A stretch of 52,394 nt of DNA. Source: a virus. Taxonomy: Duplodnaviria; Caudoviricetes. Location: the IMG/VR virus record IMGVR_UViG_3300044642_000273, positions 1 through 52,394 of that record; one strand, given 5' to 3'. The notes below the pieces were generated by a model. That model ran no database searches. It worked only from the letters and a program-made list of their open reading frames with translations, and had not been told where the DNA came from. A program made the position numbers and the translations under genes. This document shows positions 46,951 to 52,394 of this stretch, one piece after another (position 1 is the stretch's first letter; every line of letters begins with the position of its first letter).

Positions 46951-48147
46951 ATGACAAGAGTTGCACACGTTTTAGGAAGAGGTATCGAAGGTTGTGGAGT
47001 TACCATGGCCGCAGTCCAATTACAGAAATCTGTAGGTGGAAAGATACTTGCTGAGATGAGTAAGAAATGGCCACGTGGTAAAGGTATTACCTTTGACCGT
47101 ATTGAATTTAAGGCAGGAGATTCTGCACTTAAAATGGCCGAACTAATTAACAGTGAATTTGATTTAGTAGTATTTCACTCTGTACCATCAACAGGTCACC
47201 CAGACGAATGTAAAGCGGGTTTCTTGGAAATGGTAAAGGCGATTAAGGTACGCAAGGCACTCCTTCAACATGACCATAAGATGGCTTCAGTTACGCGTAA
47301 TGCGAACTTGAAAGAAATCTGTGCGAATGTTGATGTTATGGCCACGCACTCCTTAAATGGCGACTTTGTGAAATGGCTGAATCGCAATGAGGTCACAACA
47401 CCTGTTAAGAAGATGGAGTTAGGTTTCGATTATGATGGCCATCGCGCTAAGTATTGGAAGCCTATTGAAGCACAGCGATCTAATGTATTACGTTGGATTG
47501 GTAGAGCCGCTGGATGGAAGAATCCAAAATTGATGATTGACTTTCATGAGCAGTCGTTGATAGATGTAGGCTTTATAACCGTATTAGAAGGTCTTGAGGC
47601 CTCGATTGGTTATAAGGATTTATTGTATAGAGACGTGGATGACCCATCTACTCGTCGAAAGGTATCTAATTACTTTAGACAAGAGAAGGAATACGGTGAG
47701 TCTGGCAAACATACTCATGGTAACGAAGTAGTGAATGTTGGTGCGTATCTTTTGCCACCATTTACTAACGTAGAAGCCATGGAGCGTTTAAGCCTTTCAG
47801 CGTTTGGTTCGAATCTATACAATCTTGGACCTGAGTATCACCAGAATAACATTGAGTATTGTCACGCAGAAGTTATCGCGTCTGGTGCAGTGCCGGTTTT
47901 TCACAAAGGTTTGTTAGACACTCTTATCCATAAGAAGATTGGTGACCCAGTAAGCAAGTGTGTAAACACAGGCACCATCGGATTGGATTACAGTAACTTT
48001 GCTGAAGTTAAAGATCGAATGGAATTCTTAAAGAGCGACTTAGGAGCTCGTAATGAGCAACGAGAAATGGCTTTTGAATTCTGGAAATCCCATAACGACA
48101 TTTCAGTAATTGGCAAATCTACAATTCAACAATTAAGTAAGGAATAA
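46951..48147 (+). CDS. agt: DNA alpha-glucosyltransferase (T4 Agt-like)
   Basis: RGIEGCGVT, SVP, QHDH, HS.NGDF, RWIGR..WK, DFHE, EGLE, EY.H.E..A.G..PVF follow T4 alpha-glucosyltransferase in order. Confidence 0.85.
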   Translation: MTRVAHVLGRGIEGCGVTMAAVQLQKSVGGKILAEMSKKWPRGKGITFDRIEFKAGDSALKMAELINSEFDLVVFHSVPSTGHPDECKAGFLEMVKAIKVRKALLQHDHKMASVTRNANLKEICANVDVMATHSLNGDFVKWLNRNEVTTPVKKMELGFDYDGHRAKYWKPIEAQRSNVLRWIGRAAGWKNPKLMIDFHEQSLIDVGFITVLEGLEASIGYKDLLYRDVDDPSTRRKVSNYFRQEKEYGESGKHTHGNEVVNVGAYLLPPFTNVEAMERLSLSAFGSNLYNLGPEYHQNNIEYCHAEVIASGAVPVFHKGLLDTLIHKKIGDPVSKCVNTGTIGLDYSNFAEVKDRMEFLKSDLGARNEQREMAFEFWKSHNDISVIGKSTIQQLSKE

Positions 48148-48152
48148 ATTAT

Positions 48153-48416
48153 ATGACACAAGAAAGAGAAGCACTACCGCCAGAGGTAGTCGAAGCGGCA
48201 CGTAAAGCATTGGTAATTAGTTTAGCAGATGCTGTATCAACGCTAGATGAGTTTGACCGATACTTGATGCCATTACTAACCGAAGCAGTACTAAAAGCGG
48301 AAACTGACATTAAACTCAGAGCTGCTTTAAACCGTATGTTGTTTACCTCTCGCAATTCTACCTTCGCACAGCAGTGCAAGATTGAGTTGGCTAAATATAA
48401 AGAGAAACAACAATAG
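48153..48416 (+). CDS. hypothetical protein
   Basis: AAGGA RBS; 87 aa. Confidence 0.6.
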   Translation: MTQEREALPPEVVEAARKALVISLADAVSTLDEFDRYLMPLLTEAVLKAETDIKLRAALNRMLFTSRNSTFAQQCKIELAKYKEKQQ

Positions 48417-48422
48417 GAGATA

Positions 48423-48929
48423 TTGATGCGAGTCTTTAAATCACTAACTATCTTATTAACCTTGGCGGCAATGGCAACTTCTGCCGGAACCGCTACGGCT
48501 CAAGAAATAGAGCGTTCATGGAAAGATCGCCTCACTGAGTACGTTGCAGACACTTACAAAATAAGTAATGCAAAAACTATCGTTGACATCGTTATCGATA
48601 TCTCTGAAAGTAGAAACGTAGAACCATCATTAGTTCTTGCAATGATTAGCGTCGAATCAGGCTTTAATCCAAAAGCAAGAAATATTAGTGGAGCTAAAGG
48701 TCTAATGCAAGTCATGACACCTTTACATAGCAAGCGTTTCCCTAGTCACCATTTCTATTATGACCCAATGACAAACATTGAAGTTGGATTGGATATTTGG
48801 CAAGAGTGTGAAGCACGCTCAAAGTCATTTAACCAAGCTGCTAAATGTTATTCAGGTGGATCATTGACATGGGCTAAAAAAGTAAAAACACAGCAACAAA
48901 AATTTGATAAACTTAAGGAGTTCTTATGA
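48423..48929 (+). CDS. exported lytic transglycosylase (SLT domain)
   Basis: Signal-peptide-like N-terminus; SVESGFNP.A, GAKGLMQVM, NI.VG motifs. Confidence 0.85.
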   Translation: MMRVFKSLTILLTLAAMATSAGTATAQEIERSWKDRLTEYVADTYKISNAKTIVDIVIDISESRNVEPSLVLAMISVESGFNPKARNISGAKGLMQVMTPLHSKRFPSHHFYYDPMTNIEVGLDIWQECEARSKSFNQAAKCYSGGSLTWAKKVKTQQQKFDKLKEFL

Positions 48930-49114
48930 AACACACAGTCGCACCGGATATTAACAATCCACAATGGAAGTATGTAACAGCCGCAGAAACAAACGTTAAA
49001 CAACGCTTTGAAGATCACGGCCATAAATTTAAAGATTCCATGTTCAAGAAGACTTATGACTTCCGTCCATTACATTATTGGATGTGGGTGATTACTCACA
49101 AGGAAGAGGTGTGA
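48926..49114 (+). CDS. hypothetical protein
   Basis: AAGGAG RBS; ATGA overlap. Confidence 0.55.
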   Translation: MKHTVAPDINNPQWKYVTAAETNVKQRFEDHGHKFKDSMFKKTYDFRPLHYWMWVITHKEEV

Positions 49115-49115
49115 T

Positions 49116-49595
49116 ATGACAATCATTATTGGTGATCCAGAAAGAATGCTTCTTGTATCTGATTCTCAAGTATCTGACGAGGACAGTGATACAAAATCTT
49201 ATGGCAATCAAAAGGTATTTAGGATTCAACATCCTCAAGTGCCTGACGGTTGGTTAGGAGGAGCAGGTGACTTTCGCTCAATTCACAAAGTAGTTGATTG
49301 GTTTAATTCAGGTAAGAAAGACAAGGATAAACCAGAGATTACTTCTGAATTCGATGCGGATTTCATGTTACTTACTTCAGAAGGTCTATTTGTCTCTGAT
49401 AAAGAGTTAGAGTTTTGGAAGTTAAGTAAAATCGATGCTATCGGTAGTGGCCAAGCAGCTGCTATGGGAGCTGCAACATATGGTGCTGACGTTGAAGACG
49501 CTGCATGGGCTGCAACGCAAGTAGACTTATATTCTGGCGGTGACGTCGTAGTATATAGTCTCAAGAAAGCACCAACTATCTACAAACATGGCTAA
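49116..49595 (+). CDS. Ntn-hydrolase (proteasome-beta/HslV-like) protein
   Basis: Thr at position 2, DSQ..., K, GAG, AIGSG...A.GA, D.YSGG pattern. Confidence 0.6.
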   Translation: MTIIIGDPERMLLVSDSQVSDEDSDTKSYGNQKVFRIQHPQVPDGWLGGAGDFRSIHKVVDWFNSGKKDKDKPEITSEFDADFMLLTSEGLFVSDKELEFWKLSKIDAIGSGQAAAMGAATYGADVEDAAWAATQVDLYSGGDVVVYSLKKAPTIYKHG

Positions 49596-49635
49596 TGGCA
49601 TTTCGCCATACAGACCAAACAATAGGAGTATTACA

Positions 49636-49947
49636 ATGTTTAACATTTTTAAAATGCAAGATGAAAACTTTAAACTAGAATTCGACAAGCGCGTAGCTGA
49701 ATTCGATAATTGGTTTCTAAAACAAGTCAAAGAGGCGCAATCAATGGTGCCTAAAGTAGAAGACACAAAGGATAGCGTAACTGTTACGTTTAAAGGTCCT
49801 AACGTCGTAACTACTATTACTACAAGCAAAGACCTGCTACCATCAGTATTGAAAGATTTGGGAGTAGAATTACCTAAGTCTGCGACTGTACTTGGAGCAG
49901 AGACAGAAAAGCGTGTAACTAAGCAGCGCAAAACGACTGCGAAGTAA
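49636..49947 (+). CDS. hypothetical protein
   Basis: Probable ATG 49636 behind AGGAG. Confidence 0.55.
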   Translation: MFNIFKMQDENFKLEFDKRVAEFDNWFLKQVKEAQSMVPKVEDTKDSVTVTFKGPNVVTTITTSKDLLPSVLKDLGVELPKSATVLGAETEKRVTKQRKTTAK

Positions 49948-50029
49948 TACTGAGAGGCCATTCCACGAGAGTGGTCTCGATTGTATTTCTTTGTAAAAAT
50001 GCCTAGGTAAAAATTACCTGGCGATTCAA

Positions 50030-50296
50030 ATGCACTTGGAGAATATGATGACAGTGAACTTTAAAAGATTAGATTGTACGGATGGTTGTTGTAAAGACAA
50101 GATGAAGTTTCTCTTTGAGAAGGAGTTCGCAGTGCAAGACGACATGTATAACATTCTTGCAGCAGAAAACATTTCTCTTGGAAACTTTGTAGTAGATGAA
50201 ATCATGCCGTTCTTAGAAAGACGAACATTGATTGGTGATACGGCAGCTGAAGACTTACTTATAGACCTTACAAGCGTCTTAGCAGGCAAGTCATGA
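50030..50296 (+). CDS. hypothetical acidic protein
   Basis: About 85 aa; GGAG RBS precedes an ATG near 50045. Confidence 0.55.
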   Translation: MHLENMMTVNFKRLDCTDGCCKDKMKFLFEKEFAVQDDMYNILAAENISLGNFVVDEIMPFLERRTLIGDTAAEDLLIDLTSVLAGKS

Positions 50297-50775
50297 TACA
50301 CAATCATCATATAATACCTAAACATAATGGTGGATTAGATTGTAAAACTAATATCGCTCATTTAACTGCGTATGAACATGCTGAAGCACATTGGATTCTA
50401 TACTTCACTCATAAAAGATGGCAAGACAAACTAGCAGCTCAAGCGCTTGAAGGATGGATAGGTAAAGAAGAAGTAATACGACGTAGGATTTCTGATAGTA
50501 ACAAGAATCGCAAGAATCCATGGGTTGGTAGAAAGCATTCTGACGCCACACGCCAAAAGATGTCGGATAGCCATCCAAGAAATGCGCCAATGAAAGGCAA
50601 AAATCATTCAGAAGAGACTAAGAATAGAATGTCTTTGTCACGTCTTGGGAAAACACAGTCTCAAGAGACAATACAAAAACGCATGGATAAGGTAAGAGGA
50701 AGAGTGCAATCAGATCTAGAGAAAGAAAAAAGATCGGCTGCTATGAAAAAGTGGCATCAAGATAAAAGGAAATAA
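50293..50775 (+). CDS. HNH homing endonuclease with NUMOD3-like repeats
   Basis: HHIIPKH.GG.D...N...LT..EHA.AH plus G..HS..T..KMS repeats. Confidence 0.85.
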   Translation: MIHNHHIIPKHNGGLDCKTNIAHLTAYEHAEAHWILYFTHKRWQDKLAAQALEGWIGKEEVIRRRISDSNKNRKNPWVGRKHSDATRQKMSDSHPRNAPMKGKNHSEETKNRMSLSRLGKTQSQETIQKRMDKVRGRVQSDLEKEKRSAAMKKWHQDKRK

Positions 50776-50779
50776 TATA

Positions 50780-51178
50780 ATGAAACATGATACATTCATG
50801 AAAATTGCTGATGTAATTGCGCAAGAAAGTAAAGCAGTGCGATATAAAGTTGGATCAGTAATTGTTAAGAACGATAGGATTATTAGCTGCGGCTATAATG
50901 GGACACCGTCAGGATTTGATAACGCAGCGGAGGATGAAAATGGAAATACTAAAACGACCGTCATACATTCAGAAGTTAATGCTATCTTTGCTGCTAGCAA
51001 GGTCGGTATCGAGATTAATGACAGCAGTATGTATTGCAATCTTAGTCCCTGTGTACCTTGTGCTCTTGCCATTTGCAGTGTTGGAATACGCAATTTCTAC
51101 TACCGGGATGCTTATCGTGATAGCAGCGGTTTGCAGTTACTTCTTGATGCTGGTATAAATGTGGAGAAAGTAGAATGA
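50780..51178 (+). CDS. dCMP deaminase
   Basis: GYNGTPSG, HSEVNA, PCVPC zinc-binding motifs. Confidence 0.92.
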   Translation: MKHDTFMKIADVIAQESKAVRYKVGSVIVKNDRIISCGYNGTPSGFDNAAEDENGNTKTTVIHSEVNAIFAASKVGIEINDSSMYCNLSPCVPCALAICSVGIRNFYYRDAYRDSSGLQLLLDAGINVEKVE

Positions 51179-51798
51179 AGGTATACATTAGCGACTACCG
51201 ATACAATTGGATAAGCCCATACACTATGATTGAGTATGTTTTCTTTTGGACTGCATGGTCTAAATGTGGCCGCAGTAAAGAGATTGTAAAAGATACAGAT
51301 TGGGTTGCAGCACCTGAGTGGGTTGATACAGTTGCAGACAAACTTAGATGGATAAGTGTCTCTATTCAATGGGTGCTAGATAAAATTCGTCCTAGAATTA
51401 CTTACGTAAAGATCGATAAGTATGATACATGGTCTATGGACAATACTTTAGCGCTCCTAATCGTTCCTATGCTAAAGCAATTGAAAGCAACAAAGCATGG
51501 AGTGCCAATGTCTTTTGCGCACCATGTCGATCCAAGGACTGGCAAAGAAATCACATTCGGCAAAGCTGAGCGAGAGTGGAATAAAACTCTTGATAAAATG
51601 ATTTGGTCGTTTGAGCAACTGCTTGACGATACCAGTGAAGATCAGTTTTGGAGCGGTGAAGACGATAAGGACCTTGACATCTTAGAGATTGGTAAAAGTA
51701 AGCGTAAGTTAGATTACAAAGCGCTTCAAAAGCATGATGCTAAGATTCAAGAAGGCTTAGAGTTGTTTGGAAAATATTACAGAAATTTATGGGACTAA
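51175..51798 (+). CDS. conserved phage hypothetical protein
   Basis: DTWSMD.TLA.I..PMLKQLK..KHG and GL.LFGKYY..LWD pattern. Confidence 0.7.
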   Translation: MKVYISDYRYNWISPYTMIEYVFFWTAWSKCGRSKEIVKDTDWVAAPEWVDTVADKLRWISVSIQWVLDKIRPRITYVKIDKYDTWSMDNTLALLIVPMLKQLKATKHGVPMSFAHHVDPRTGKEITFGKAEREWNKTLDKMIWSFEQLLDDTSEDQFWSGEDDKDLDILEIGKSKRKLDYKALQKHDAKIQEGLELFGKYYRNLWD

Positions 51799-51799
51799 T

Positions 51800-52153
51800 A
51801 TGACAGCGAAATTTACAGGAAGTATTAGCACTCATATGTGTGATGACATCCTAAACGTACTAAAAGCTTTACCCGTTTTTAAAGCAGCGCCTGATCTTGC
51901 TCAAATCAATTTTGAGTTGATTCAAGGTGCCGATCATGGAGCTTGGGCTTGGTCTTGGGAATCAGATACAAAAGAATGGACAATTCAAATTGACATCGAT
52001 CGAAACAATTCGTTGAGAAAACTTATTGGGACCATCGCTCATGAATTAATCCACGTTATGCTAAATAACTATGAAGACGAAGACCAGCACGGTCCTAAGT
52101 TTCAAAAAGTATTGAAGCAAGTAACAGCACAACTAGGTATGGAGGTGGCATGA
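51800..52153 (+). CDS. zinc metallopeptidase-like (HExxH, SprT-like) protein
   Basis: TIAHELIH...HGPKF; probable ATG 51800. Confidence 0.65.
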   Translation: MTAKFTGSISTHMCDDILNVLKALPVFKAAPDLAQINFELIQGADHGAWAWSWESDTKEWTIQIDIDRNNSLRKLIGTIAHELIHVMLNNYEDEDQHGPKFQKVLKQVTAQLGMEVA

Positions 52154-52332
52154 GAGAAATCTCTACTTACATCTCAGCAGGTCGCTCAGCAATCATTAAA
52201 CAAGATTGTGATGGCGTATTCATTGTAGACCTATTCGAAAATGGAGAAGTAAAAGAGTGTCGAGCATTGCAAGGCAAAAGCCAATGTTATGCCGAAGACA
52301 CCGCTGAGAATTGGATTTTAAACATTATTTAG
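52150..52332 (+). CDS. hypothetical protein
   Basis: GGAGG RBS; YAEDTAENW motif. Confidence 0.6.
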   Translation: MREISTYISAGRSAIIKQDCDGVFIVDLFENGEVKECRALQGKSQCYAEDTAENWILNII

Positions 52333-52394
52333 GAGTAATATGTCTTGTGATAAACATGACGTGTATTCACAGATTGCCTCACTAGAGGACGACA

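Noticed and set aside
49945-50030. Hairpins after ORF 49947 (CTGAGAGGCCATT...) as a ninth hammerhead
   Set aside because: Lacks the CUGANGA spacing and the GAAA/stem III arm; more likely an ordinary processing or terminator stem-loop.
1-52394. tRNA genes, integrase or reverse transcriptase
   Set aside because: No tRNA cloverleaf with a T-loop consensus, and no recombinase or RT motifs recognised by eye; tRNAscan-SE and HMM searches would be needed to exclude them formally.

Overview
A roughly 52 kb piece of a tailed dsDNA phage genome with two divergent arms separated by an AT-rich control region (about 28,790-29,660). The minus-strand arm encodes nucleotide-modification genes (T4 gp42-like dCMP hydroxymethylase, two dNTP pyrophosphatases), an HK97-type packaging/head module (terS, HNH, terL, protease, capsid, portal) interrupted by nrdA/nrdB, and a run of collagen/FN3/Gly-rich fibre proteins. 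The plus-strand arm carries small early genes, DNA ligase and a T7-like transcription/replication set (RNAP, SSB, endonuclease I, primase-helicase, DNA polymerase, exonuclease), plus a T4-like alpha-glucosyltransferase and dCMP deaminase. Three features stand out. (1) Eight type I hammerhead ribozymes, read directly from the sequence with full covariation, sit at gene junctions of the plus-strand transcript; seven overlap the upstream stop codon. They look like a self-cleaving mRNA-processing system. (2) The T7-like RNA polymerase is split into two genes in reversed order (C-terminal half first). (3) A second, highly diverged single-subunit RNAP-like protein lies among the head genes and is a candidate virion-packaged polymerase. 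All product calls are by-eye motif recognition; no database searches or folding programs were run.
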